A DNA stretch of 64,000 bases from an uncultured Actinomycetes bacterium (GTDB lineage Bacteria > Actinomycetota > Acidimicrobiia > IMCC26256 > PALSA-610). The stretch is from assembly GCA_963836365.1 (NCBI GenBank), contig CAWIJC010000006.1, positions 92,449-156,448 on the forward strand, read 5' to 3'. Both the position numbers and the translations under genes were made by a program. Below are positions 11,094 to 20,045 of the stretch, in pieces. Within the stretch, counting starts at the first letter, position 1, and each line of letters opens with the position of its first letter. The notes under the pieces were generated by a model. The model saw nothing but the letters and a program-made list of their open reading frames with translations. It was not told where the DNA came from and made no database searches.

Positions 11094-12308
11094 CTAGGCA
11101 TCGCTCGTGAGCAAGTCTCCGAGCCCGGCCGAGCCGACCCCCGCGGCGGGCGCGTCCTCGAACTCCGACTGTTCCTCGTGGCCCGCACCGTGATGTTCGT
11201 CACGCTTTTGGATCGCACGGATCAGCGCCTCGACACATGTGGGGTGAAACTGTGTGCCCGCCTTGTCACGCAGCTCTTGGAACGCGACCTCCTGCGGAAG
11301 CGCCTTGCGGTACGAGCGCGTCGACGTCATCGCGTCGTAGGCGTCGGCGATCATGATGATGTACGGCTCGATCGGGTGATCGGGGTCGTCCGATCGGAGC
11401 CGCATCTGCTCGCTGTCGGTCTGCGCGGCCACAGGACGCAGGAAGTCGATGTGGCTCAGCATCTGCACCGAGACCTTCTCGTGCAGGCGCACGCGTGTGA
11501 ACTCTTCCTCGGTGAGCTTTCCGGGCTTGTTCAAGATGTGGTTCGGGACGACGAGCTTGCCGATGTCGTGCATGAGCGCCGCGAACCGCAGCCGCTCCAT
11601 CCGCCGCGGCGTGAAGCGGAACTCCCCGCCCATGTACTCCGCGTATTCCGCGACCCGCTCCGAGTGACCCGCTGTGTAGCGGTCCTTCGCCTCCAGGGCC
11701 CGAATGAGCATCTGAACGGTCTCATCGTGCGCCTCCTTGACCTTGAGGTACGAGGCGAACATCTCGCGTGCAATGAAGATCGGCACGACGATCAAGAGCA
11801 TCACCCCCGCCCCGAGCGCCAGGTACAGGGAACCAAGGAGAAATCCAAGTACCGCGAACGGAAAGACGTCGACTCCCGCGGACGAGAGCTCGGCGAGAAC
11901 CTCGCGCCAAGCTCGGGTGCCTTCGATCGCATACGAAGTGACGATCAGAGTCCACGCAACAGCGAGGTATACGAGCGTGACCGGTATCGCGGCCAAGATC
12001 GAGATCGGCATCGATCCCGTGATGGTCGATGGAAGCGCCGCGTACGTGATCGCCGCCGCACCGAAGGAGAGTGCGCAGAGGCCGATGTTGAACGGGATCC
12101 ATCCCCACGCCTGACGCCTGAAGTGCTCCCACTGCGTCATCGTGGGAGCACAGACGAGCATCGCCGCCAGGATCGACCCGCGATCCGTGAAGACGACGAT
12201 CGCGCCGATGCACACCATGAAGCCGGGCGACAGAAAGACCCCGTCCGACAGCTGCACGGGGAGCCGCGCCGTGAAGAGCACCAAGGCGCAGAAGATCGCG
12301 AACGTCAC
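11094..12308 (-). CDS. Polytopic membrane protein with C-terminal HD-domain phosphohydrolase (HD-GYP family-like; GYP tripeptide not seen)
   Basis: 404-aa ORF with a GTG start. It has about six TM helices followed by RYTAGHSERVAEYAEYMG, AALMHDIGKLVVP and MIADAYDAMTSTRSYRKAL. A further TM-like segment (WFTGTVFTTAVALAAVVAM) lies just upstream in another frame (ORF 11722..12414), so the N-terminus may be longer. Confidence 0.8.
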   Translation of the reverse strand: MTFAIFCALVLFTARLPVQLSDGVFLSPGFMVCIGAIVVFTDRGSILAAMLVCAPTMTQWEHFRRQAWGWIPFNIGLCALSFGAAAITYAALPSTITGSMPISILAAIPVTLVYLAVAWTLIVTSYAIEGTRAWREVLAELSSAGVDVFPFAVLGFLLGSLYLALGAGVMLLIVVPIFIAREMFASYLKVKEAHDETVQMLIRALEAKDRYTAGHSERVAEYAEYMGGEFRFTPRRMERLRFAALMHDIGKLVVPNHILNKPGKLTEEEFTRVRLHEKVSVQMLSHIDFLRPVAAQTDSEQMRLRSDDPDHPIEPYIIMIADAYDAMTSTRSYRKALPQEVAFQELRDKAGTQFHPTCVEALIRAIQKRDEHHGAGHEEQSEFEDAPAAGVGSAGLGDLLTSDA

Positions 12309-12479
12309 TCCAACTCGGGGCCCGGCCGCGCATCGCTACGACGGCGGCCAAGGCGACCGCCGTCGTAAAAACGGTTCCTGTGAACCACGCCAGGGAGCGA
12401 GGAAAAGGCGTCACGCTCCCTGGGTTTTCGGCACCTCACCGGGTTCCTGGAGGCTCAGGCGCCCGGATAGGCCATATTG

Positions 12480-12569
12480 TCAGCCGCGGCCGAAACCCGC
12501 GCCACCGGCGAGGAGAACCGCTACCAGGCCGCCGCCGATGCTTGCGATGCGAACTGCGTACTTCTTCAT
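12480..12569 (-). CDS. Unannotated 29-codon small ORF (hydrophobic, Gly-rich peptide)
   Basis: ATG at 12569 has AAGGAGA 5 nt upstream. It encodes MKKYAVRIASIGGGLVAVLLAGGAGFGRG followed by TGA. It is below the 60-aa cut-off of the supplied ORF track and lies upstream of the HD-domain gene on the same strand. Confidence 0.45.
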   Translation of the reverse strand: MKKYAVRIASIGGGLVAVLLAGGAGFGRG

Positions 12570-12588
12570 TGTTGTCTCCTTGGTCGTT

Positions 12589-12604
12589 GTCGCCGGCTGG
12601 CGAC
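12589..12604. promoter_or_regulatory. Perfect 6-4-6 inverted repeat GTCGCC-GGCT-GGCGAC between divergent start codons
   Basis: It lies in the 45-bp gap between ATG 12569 (-) and ATG 12615 (+). It is a possible operator or hairpin, and its function is unknown. Confidence 0.3.
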
Positions 12605-12614
12605 TGGAGACATC

Positions 12615-15600
12615 ATGCGAGTGCCAGAGGCGGAGAAATATTGTTCAGGTGGCCAGTTCGCAACATGCGTTGTTGGTGCCGCACAGGGTGAGACGCCTGG
12701 CGGGAAGCGACATTCGACCGCGAGACGGGGCTCGATCAGCCCCGCGACTGGGGGGAACGACGCCTTCACGTCGACGGCACCCGTGGCAACCCGGCAGCGC
12801 ACGCCGTATCTGATCGGGCGCGAGGAGCCGATCGGCGCCCTCTTCGACGCGTTCGACACCGTCGACGAGCGGGCCGGCGCGCTGGTCCTCGTGAGCGGCG
12901 AGGCCGGGATCGGCAAGACGCGGCTCCTGGACGAGTTCGCCGCCCGGGCCGACACGGCGCAAACCGCACGCGGCGGCTGCATCGACGGGGTCGCCTACGC
13001 CCCGTGGACCGACGCCCTCTGGTGGCTGCTCGACACTCCCGGCCTCGTCGATCCCGACGCCCTTCCCGAAGTCGTCCGTGCCCGGCTGGCGCACCTGGTC
13101 CCGATGGTCGGCGTACCCCCCGCCGCCGATGACGAAGACGGCCCGCACCTGCTGTTCGAGGCGGTCGTCGCGCTGCTGAGGCACGTGAGCACGCGCACCC
13201 GCCTGATCCTCGTCATCGACGACCTCCATTGGATCGACGCCGCGAGCCGCGAGCTCCTTCGGTACGTCGCCGCCAATCTCCGCCGGGTACCGATCCTGCT
13301 CGTCGGCGCCTACCGCCCCGAAGACTCCTCGGCCCAGCGCGAGCTGATCGCGCAACTGGGCCGGCTCGGCCGGCTCCGCATCGCGCTCGAAGGCCTGCCC
13401 GATGACGCGACCAGCGAGCTGGCGGGCGTGCTCATCGGCGACGCCGGCGCCGCCGACGTCGCCCGGATCGTGCGCGACGCCGACGGCAACCCCCTCTTCG
13501 TCGAGGAGCTCGTCGCGGCCCGCTCCGAGACCGGAATTCCGCCGGCCCTCGGCGACCTCATGCTGGTCCGGTTCAGCTTGCTCGACGGCGACGCACGCCA
13601 CCTCGTCCGTACGGCCGCGCTGATCGGACCGCGCGTCTCGCGTGCGTGGCTCGCCGCGGCCGCCGGGTTCGACGCCGACCGAGCCCGAGCCGCGACCCGC
13701 GCGGCAGTCGATACCGGGGTCCTGCTCGCAGACGACGACGGGCGCGGTTACGCCTTCCGGCACGCGCTCCTCCGCCAGGCCGTGCTCGACGACACGACGC
13801 CCGACGAGCGTGTCGCACTCCATCGCGCGATCGCCGCAGCACTCGACGATCATCAAGAACGCGCGGTCGGGATCGACTACGCCGCCGAGCTCGCACGTCA
13901 TTGGGATGCGGCGGAGGATGCGCCTCGTGCATTGCGCGCGCAAGTGGCTGCCGCGCAACGTGCAGATGCGAGCTACGCGTTCGAGGCGGCGTACCAGGCC
14001 TACGAGCGCGCGCTCTTCTGGTGGGGCGCCGTCCCCGACGCCGTGACGGTCGCGGCCACCGACCACACCAAGCTCCTGCTCGAAGCGGCCGACGCCGCCG
14101 CATACTCGGGGCGGATCGAGCGCGCCGCCGATCTGGCACAAGCAGGGCTGGAAGAAGCGTGCGCACGGAGCGCCGAGGACGGCGTGGAGGCCGCGGGTCG
14201 GGCGTTTCCACTGATGTGGACGGCCGACCGCGGATCCGAGCTGTACGAGCTCACGATGCGGCGGCTCATGCCCGCACTCGATCGTGTCGCTCCGGAACCG
14301 CGCGCCCGTTTTCTGGTGAACACGGTCGAGTACATGCTGATGCACGGAGAAGCGGACGAACGGGAAAAGACAGCCGCCCTCATGCTCGACGCGGTGCGCG
14401 AAGTCGACGCGCCCGCGATCCGAGCGCGCGGACACTCGGTCATGGCGTACACGTACGAGCTCGCCGGCGAGTTCGATCGCGCCGATCTCGAGTACGACGA
14501 GGCGCTCTCGATCGCGCGCGACGGCGACGCTCACTCGACGTACGCGCTCGTGCTGTACAACAAGGCGGCCTCCTACTCGTCGGTCCCCGACTTTGCGAAG
14601 TGCATCGAATGCCTCGATCGCGTCGACGAGCTGGTCGACACGTACGGGCTGAGGCGATACCTGGTGCCGGCTCGTTGCCTGCGGGCGCTCGCGTGCGCGC
14701 TCCTCGGCGACCTCGACGGTGCCCGCGACTCGATCGCGTCGGTCGCCGAGCTCGACGCGGAGGGCTTCGACCTCTGGTTCCGCGTGTCCGCGGGCGCGCT
14801 GATCCACATCTTCGCGGGCGAGGACGACGAAGCGCTCGCCGCGATCGACGCGGACACCGTCGGCGCGGCGCCGCTCGAGAATGCCGAGCACCTCATCGAG
14901 GTCTCGATGCTGCGCACGCATGCCCTCGTCGCCAAGGGCGACCTCGACGCGGCGCGCCGGGTCGTCGACGAGGGCGAAGCCGCGGTCGAACGTCATCGCG
15001 AGACGTACTGGCACGGCTGGTTCGCCATGGCCGCGATGCGCGTCGAGGCCGACGCTGCGGTCGCGGCCGCGGCTGCGCGACGACTCGATCTCGCCGAGCA
15101 GGCGCAACAGCGCGCCGACGCGATCAGGGCCTCGTGGGACGGCGCGCGTGGCCAGCTCGAGCACGTGTACCCGCTGGCCGAGGCCTACTCACGAGCCATC
15201 GCGGCCGAGTACGCGCGCGTGCGCAACGAAGGTGTCGACGCACACACGCGAGCGGCGGCCGAGCAGTTCGAGCAGCTGTCGATGCCGTTCTACGCAACGT
15301 ACTTTCGTATGCGAGAGGCCGAGGTCGCGCTGCCCGATCCGTCGCGCCGCTATCTCGCGACCGAGGTGCTCAAGCACGCGCGCGCGACGGCTCGCACCCA
15401 CGGCTTCACCGGCCTCGACGAGGCGATCACGAACCTCGCGCGCACATACCAGCTGCGACTCGGACCCGGCCGCATGACAATCGACGGCGACGTGCCGCTG
15501 TCGACGCGCGAGCTCGAAGTGCTGCGCCTGATGGCCGACGGCAAGACGAACCCCGAGATTGCCGAGGAGCTGTTCATCACGCGCCGCACTGCGGCCGCGC

Positions 15601-15683
15601 ACGTCTCCGGCATCTTGCGGAAGTTCGGCGCGGCGAGTCGCGTCGAAGCCGTCGTCGAGGCACAGCGGCGCGGGGTCATCTGA
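12615..15683 (+). CDS. Large ATP-binding LuxR-family (LAL-type) transcriptional regulator
   Basis: The ORF is open from 12477, but ATG 12615 has GGAGA 5 nt upstream and avoids the small ORF. It has a Walker A motif (GEAGIGKTRLLDEF), a long Ala/Leu-rich helical middle, and a C-terminal LuxR HTH (LSTRELEVLRLMADGKTNPEIAEELFITRRTAAAHVSGILRKFG). It is uninterrupted over 3.1 kb. Confidence 0.85.
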   Translation: MRVPEAEKYCSGGQFATCVVGAAQGETPGGKRHSTARRGSISPATGGNDAFTSTAPVATRQRTPYLIGREEPIGALFDAFDTVDERAGALVLVSGEAGIGKTRLLDEFAARADTAQTARGGCIDGVAYAPWTDALWWLLDTPGLVDPDALPEVVRARLAHLVPMVGVPPAADDEDGPHLLFEAVVALLRHVSTRTRLILVIDDLHWIDAASRELLRYVAANLRRVPILLVGAYRPEDSSAQRELIAQLGRLGRLRIALEGLPDDATSELAGVLIGDAGAADVARIVRDADGNPLFVEELVAARSETGIPPALGDLMLVRFSLLDGDARHLVRTAALIGPRVSRAWLAAAAGFDADRARAATRAAVDTGVLLADDDGRGYAFRHALLRQAVLDDTTPDERVALHRAIAAALDDHQERAVGIDYAAELARHWDAAEDAPRALRAQVAAAQRADASYAFEAAYQAYERALFWWGAVPDAVTVAATDHTKLLLEAADAAAYSGRIERAADLAQAGLEEACARSAEDGVEAAGRAFPLMWTADRGSELYELTMRRLMPALDRVAPEPRARFLVNTVEYMLMHGEADEREKTAALMLDAVREVDAPAIRARGHSVMAYTYELAGEFDRADLEYDEALSIARDGDAHSTYALVLYNKAASYSSVPDFAKCIECLDRVDELVDTYGLRRYLVPARCLRALACALLGDLDGARDSIASVAELDAEGFDLWFRVSAGALIHIFAGEDDEALAAIDADTVGAAPLENAEHLIEVSMLRTHALVAKGDLDAARRVVDEGEAAVERHRETYWHGWFAMAAMRVEADAAVAAAAARRLDLAEQAQQRADAIRASWDGARGQLEHVYPLAEAYSRAIAAEYARVRNEGVDAHTRAAAEQFEQLSMPFYATYFRMREAEVALPDPSRRYLATEVLKHARATARTHGFTGLDEAITNLARTYQLRLGPGRMTIDGDVPLSTRELEVLRLMADGKTNPEIAEELFITRRTAAAHVSGILRKFGAASRVEAVVEAQRRGVI

Positions 15684-15906
15684 CGCTGCGAACGGCCGCG
15701 CCGGTGAGATCAGCCGTTGCCACGCTGACCTACGCCGGCGCCCCGACGCGGCCGCTTCCCCACGATGCTGCAGGAAGAACCCTTACGTACATCTCTTCGC
15801 TTTCAAGCGACATGATGAGCGACGCGCCGTCCGCGACATATTGGTCAGATGACCAGTTCGCGACACGCAGTTCCAGATGCACGCAACGTGACCCGAAGGT
15901 GATCCG

Positions 15907-16159
15907 ATGAAGAAGCTCGCTGACTACGGCACCGACGATCATCCGCCCGACGACCCGGAGCGCGCGGCAGGTGTCGTGGATCGTTGCGGTTCTCGACGAC
16001 TGCGACGAGTGCAACGACATACGCGTCGAGCTCACCGTCGAAGAGGTCGGAGGCCACGGCGCCGGGCTCGTCGGTCACCTCAGCACCGCATCCGCGCGTC
16101 GGCTGCGCGTGGCACTTGCTACCGCGTTGCGAGAGGTGGGCGAAGATCCCGGGCCTTGA
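15907..16159 (+). pseudogene. Small acidic hypothetical protein (about 84 aa) with one apparent frameshift near 15970
   Basis: ATG 15907 has GAAGGTGA upstream (MKKLADYGTDDHPPDDPERAAG). Protein-like text continues in ORF 15971..16159 (SWIVAVLDDCDECNDIRVELTVEEVGG...LREVGEDPGP). I recognise no family. Confidence 0.3.
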
Positions 16160-16243
16160 ACACATGCGCCGCGCATTTGGTCGCGCTCATTCGCCCGTGT
16201 CCTGAACCAACCCGGCGTACGGGAGCGGGCAGGCCCTCCCGGC

Positions 16244-17294
16244 CTAGGTGAAATAGCGGTACAGCGCGTCACCGGCGGCTTCGGTGACGTCGTCGGGCAC
16301 GTCGTCGCGCGTGAGCAGCTCGGTCATCACGCCGAGCACGCGCCCCGCCTCGGCGCCCGCGGGATTGTCGTATCCCGCCGGCGTGTGGCGGAGCACGGTG
16401 ACGCGTTGCTCCTCGGTCGCGAACTTGCGCTTGTACGCGACGAGCCCGGGCTGATCGAGATCGCTGACGCCCCAGTCGTACGCGCGGCAGCCGCGCGAGC
16501 GCCCGAGCTGCATGCTCTCCCACGCGAGCAGTTCGTTCGGCCGGAGCGAGAGGTGCGCGGGGTCCGAAGCGCCGAACTTGTAGTAGATGACACCGCGCCA
16601 TATGAGGTACAAGCTCGCCGCGATGACCTCGCCGTCGTGGACGGCGAGGCCCGCCGCGATGCCGTCGTGAGGCGAGAATGCCTTCCAGATGTTCTCGAAG
16701 AACGAGAGTGGCTGCGAGAGCAGCCTGTACTTACGCTTCCGCGTCCGGCGATGCAGATCGAAGAACGTGCGGATGTCTTCCAGGTCGGTGCCGAACTGCA
16801 CGGTGACGCCCCGGCGCCGGGCCGAGCGAAGATGCTGCCGCACTCCGGATGGGAAGCCCGCGAGAATCTCGTCTTCGTCCCGGCCGAGGTCGGTGCCGTG
16901 CCACGCGAGCTCATTGACCCGCTGCGAATCGCGCGTCGCGTTCGGGAACGTCGTTGCGCCGCACGCGGAGTTGAAACGGCAGCCGCCGCTCGAACAGCGG
17001 CGCGACGAGCGTGTGCCACTGCTCGTCGTCGGCGACGACCGGGTCGAGGTAGTCGCAGTACGGCAAGCTGATCAGCCGGGCGCCCCGGAAGTCGTGTATC
17101 GCCGCGCACGCGAGACCGGCCATCACCTGGCCGTCGTCGACGAGGACGTGGCCGTCGACGGCGAAGCCGTACGTGTCGGCGATCGCGCCGATCCACAGCG
17201 GTGATGCGAACACCGCGCTGCGCGCGCGTTCGGTCAACGTGTTCCATTCCGGCGCGGTGCGAGGGTCGACGACGAGTCGGTCGAAGACAGTCAT
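16244..17294 (-). pseudogene. CelD/BcsL- or FemAB-like GNAT-fold transferase, one frameshift near 16915-16930
   Basis: The N-terminal half (MTVFDRLVVDPRTAPEWNTL...SPLWIGAIADTYGF) is the tail of ORF 16911..18524. The C-terminal half is ORF 16244..16843 (LYLIWRGVIYYKFGASDPAHLSLRPNELLAWESMQLGRSRGCRAYDWG). The frame-shifted joining text is VNELAWHGTDLGRDEDEILAGFPSGVRQHL. The ATG overlaps the upstream stop (ATGA). Confidence 0.65.
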
Positions 17295-18271
17295 GACGCG
17301 AGCGCGAACGAGGGTGCGGACGCGGCACGTCGAATGTGTCGAGCCGCCGCGACGAAGAGGTCGCCGACGGTGAGCTCGTCGGCACGCCGACGGAGCGCGA
17401 CGCCGCGTCGCTCGAGTTCGCGCGCGAATCGGTCTTGGTGGTCGTCGCCGATCTCGCCGTCGCGCGACAGGCGCGGGATCAACACGGGATACTTCCCGGC
17501 TCGGAGCGCGCACAGCGCCGAGCCGGTACCGCCGTGGCTGACGACCAGATCCGCGCCCGCAAGCGCGGCCTCCATCTCGTCGGCCGGCAGCCACCGGCGC
17601 GCGTCGATGCCGAGCGCGTCGGTCGGCGTGCCGCCGGTCTGCCACACGGTCTCGACCGGCACGCCCTGCTCGCGCTCCACGACACCGCCGGGCCGAAGCA
17701 GCGGCACGACCGCGTCGAGCATGCGGCGAAACGCGAACTCGTGCATGGTGCCGAGTGTGACAACCACGCGGCGAATGACCGCCCGTTCGGAACACACCGT
17801 AGGTGCGAAGCCATCGAACACCGATCCCGCGTACCGCCAGCGACCACGCGCGAGGTGCTCGTACTGCGAGTAGAGATGTACACGCGGCACGCCGCGCAGC
17901 AACTGGCCGGTCAACGACGGGCCGCCGACTCTCGTGGCGCTCTCGATGTAGTGCGTGTCCACACCGCGCGCCGCAAGGTACGGCAGGTACCCGAGCGCCA
18001 GACCCGAGCCGGTCGAGACGACGCGCGTGATGTGCGACGACCGGAGAAGCCTGTGGGCGACGGGAATATTGCGCAGCACTCCGCGTACGTCTCTTTCCCC
18101 GACGCACGGCACGTAGATGGTCGTCTGCCCGGCGAGCAGCGACCGGCTCTGCGGGTGATCGTGCGTGACCCAGACGCGCACCTCGGAAGCGTCGACGTGC
18201 GGCAAGCGATCGACGATGTCGACGAGCTGCGCCAGATGACCTCCGGTGGTGGCAACGAGCAGCGTGGTCAT
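17291..18271 (-). CDS. Fused Alg14-like/Alg13-like (glycosyltransferase family 28 C-terminal) sugar transferase
   Basis: Uninterrupted from MTTLLVATTGGHLAQL (ATG 18271, overlapping the upstream stop as TGATG). The Alg14-like half ends ...HYIESATRVGGPSLTGQLL. The Alg13-like half contains VVVTLGT, VVSHGGTGSALCALRAGKYPVLIP and DDHQDRFA. Confidence 0.75.
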   Translation of the reverse strand: MTTLLVATTGGHLAQLVDIVDRLPHVDASEVRVWVTHDHPQSRSLLAGQTTIYVPCVGERDVRGVLRNIPVAHRLLRSSHITRVVSTGSGLALGYLPYLAARGVDTHYIESATRVGGPSLTGQLLRGVPRVHLYSQYEHLARGRWRYAGSVFDGFAPTVCSERAVIRRVVVTLGTMHEFAFRRMLDAVVPLLRPGGVVEREQGVPVETVWQTGGTPTDALGIDARRWLPADEMEAALAGADLVVSHGGTGSALCALRAGKYPVLIPRLSRDGEIGDDHQDRFARELERRGVALRRRADELTVGDLFVAAARHIRRAASAPSFALAS

Positions 18272-18895
18272 CAGCGCGCGCCATCCCGACGGACGAGTGT
18301 CGGGATCGTGCCGGCGAGAATGCGCACGTCCCTGCCGAGCGATGTGTTGTCGACGTATTCGATGTCGAGGCGCAGCATGTCGGCCGTCGTGAGAGTGCTG
18401 CGCCCGCTGACTTGCCAGAGCCCCGTAATGCCGGGTGGCACCTCCGTGCGCCGGCGGTACTCGACGGGAAACATCTCGACTTCCCACTCGAGCGCGGGCC
18501 GCGGACCGACGATCGACATCTCACCCCGCACGACGTTGATCAGCTGCGGCAGCTCGTCGAGGCTGGTCGTGCGGAGCCATTTCCCGATGCGGGTGATGCG
18601 TGGGTCGTCGACTTTGAAGCTGCCGTCTGCGTCGGGCGCGCGTTCGCCGGCCAGCTCGCGGCGGATCGCTTCTCGCAACCAGCGCGCCGTCGTCGGCGCC
18701 GGCGCCGGCGCCGACGGTCATCGTGCGGAATTTGAGCAACGTGAACGGCTCGCCGTGCAGGCCGATGCGCCGCTGCCGGAAGAGCACCGGGCCGGGGCTG
18801 CCGACCTTCACCAGCAATGCGACGAGCGCGAACACGGGCGCACACACGATCAGCGCCGGGATCGCCACTGCCAGATCGAACAGCCGCTTCCTCAT
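18271..18895 (-). pseudogene. Small (PglC-like) undecaprenyl-phosphate sugar phosphotransferase, one frameshift near 18680
   Basis: The N-terminal part is ORF 18521..18895 (MRKRLFDLAVAIPALIVCAPVFALVALLVKVGSPGPVLFRQRRIG, FTLLKFRTM). The C-terminal part is ORF 18271..18678 (DPRITRIGKWLRTTSLDELPQLINVVRGEMSIVGPRP, PGITGLWQVSGRS). Confidence 0.8.
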
Positions 18896-20045
18896 CGCGC
18901 GTGCGTGCCGGACCCGGCGCGAAGTCTGCGTTCGATGTTGCGGCGAACGGTCGAGAGGACCCTGCCTCCGACCAGCCGGTAGCCGCTCCGCAGGACGGGG
19001 TTGCGGATCAACTGCAGCGGTTCGGGATACAGCATCGCGTCGCCGCCCAGGCGCATCTTGAGCACGGCCTTCTCGCCGCGCGCTTCGCCCTCGCGCTCGA
19101 TCTGCAAGGCGTCCTCGCGGCTCACGCCGCCGACATCGAGCCAGCGGTAGCCGTGCTCACGGCCCCACTGGATCACCTCCCACTTCAGCGCCTCGTTGGG
19201 ACGGATGCGCCCTTCGAGGCGCGACGGGTCGAATCCCACGATGCGACCTGTGATCACGTCGCCGAAGCACGACACCATGTTGCCGGCAACGTCGGTGCCC
19301 TCGACGTCTGCGAGCAGCACCTCGACCTGCCCCTTCGGCCGCAGCTCGTCCCAAATCGCTTGCACGTACGACAGGGACCACGGCGTGAAGTGCTGGCGTG
19401 CGGCAGTTGCGCGATACAGGTCGTGGAACGACGGCAAGTCGTCGCGCGTCGCGAACCGCACCGCAACCGGACCGCGCAAGCTCTGACGAAAGTCGCGCTT
19501 CGTATGCTTGCTCATGCGCGAAAGGAGCTCGTCGTTCGTCAATTTCGAGATCGAGCCGCAACGTGGCCGACGGCGCGACGTTCGCCGGGGAGGGTTCGAA
19601 ACCGCGGCACGCGCAATGCCGACACGGCTGCCTCTCCGCCGTGTGGCGGCTGCACGACCAGCGCGCTGAGACCACGCGTACCAATTAGCATCGCGGAACG
19701 CGCCGGCGACGAACTGTACGGTCTCGGCGAGGAGCGTCGGCCGCGATCACCGGGCCGTAGGGCACGTATGCGACGCGTCCCGAGCGGCACGACGCGGCGC
19801 ACGAGCAGTTGGGCGCCGGCGACGATGCGTGTCTTCGCTGCGGACCACGCACCGCGACGAGGTCCATGCCTGCGGTGCGCTTGACGCGAGCCCCACGCGG
19901 ACGACTGCACGAGATCGCCGCCGGGTGTCGCGAGCACGAACGCGTCCCACTCGGGATGGTCGGCCGCCGTGTCGATCGTCGCCTGGAGCGCGGGGCGTCG
20001 GAGCGGCACCACCTTGCCCCCGACGCGGTTGCACCGCACTGTCAC
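18892..20045 (-). pseudogene. FemAB-family (aminoacyl-tRNA-dependent peptidyltransferase-like) protein, at least 5 frameshifts
   Basis: The fragments read in order are: DHPEWDAFVLATPGGDLVQSSAWG; VKRTAGMDLVAVRG; RIVAGAQLLVRRVVPLG; GRVAYVPYGPVIAAD; GLSALVVQPPHGGE; ATLRLDLEI; then ORF 18892..19542 (LLSRMSKHTKRDFRQS, RIRPNEALKWEVIQWGREHGYRWLDVGGV). Confidence 0.7.

Noticed and set aside
12645-15910. Very long ORFs 12645..15164 (-, 839 aa) and 13646..15910 (+, 754 aa) overlapping the LuxR gene
   Set aside because: They are Arg/Gly/Asp/Pro-rich and have no motifs. The in-frame LuxR ORF has a Walker A motif and a LuxR HTH and explains the region.
18695-18715. (GCCGGC)n-like repeat in the PglC-like gene, considered as the frameshift site or a phase-variable repeat
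   Set aside because: Translation shows that the frame break lies downstream, near 18680 (CTGGTTGCGAG), not in the repeat. A hexanucleotide unit would not change frame in any case.
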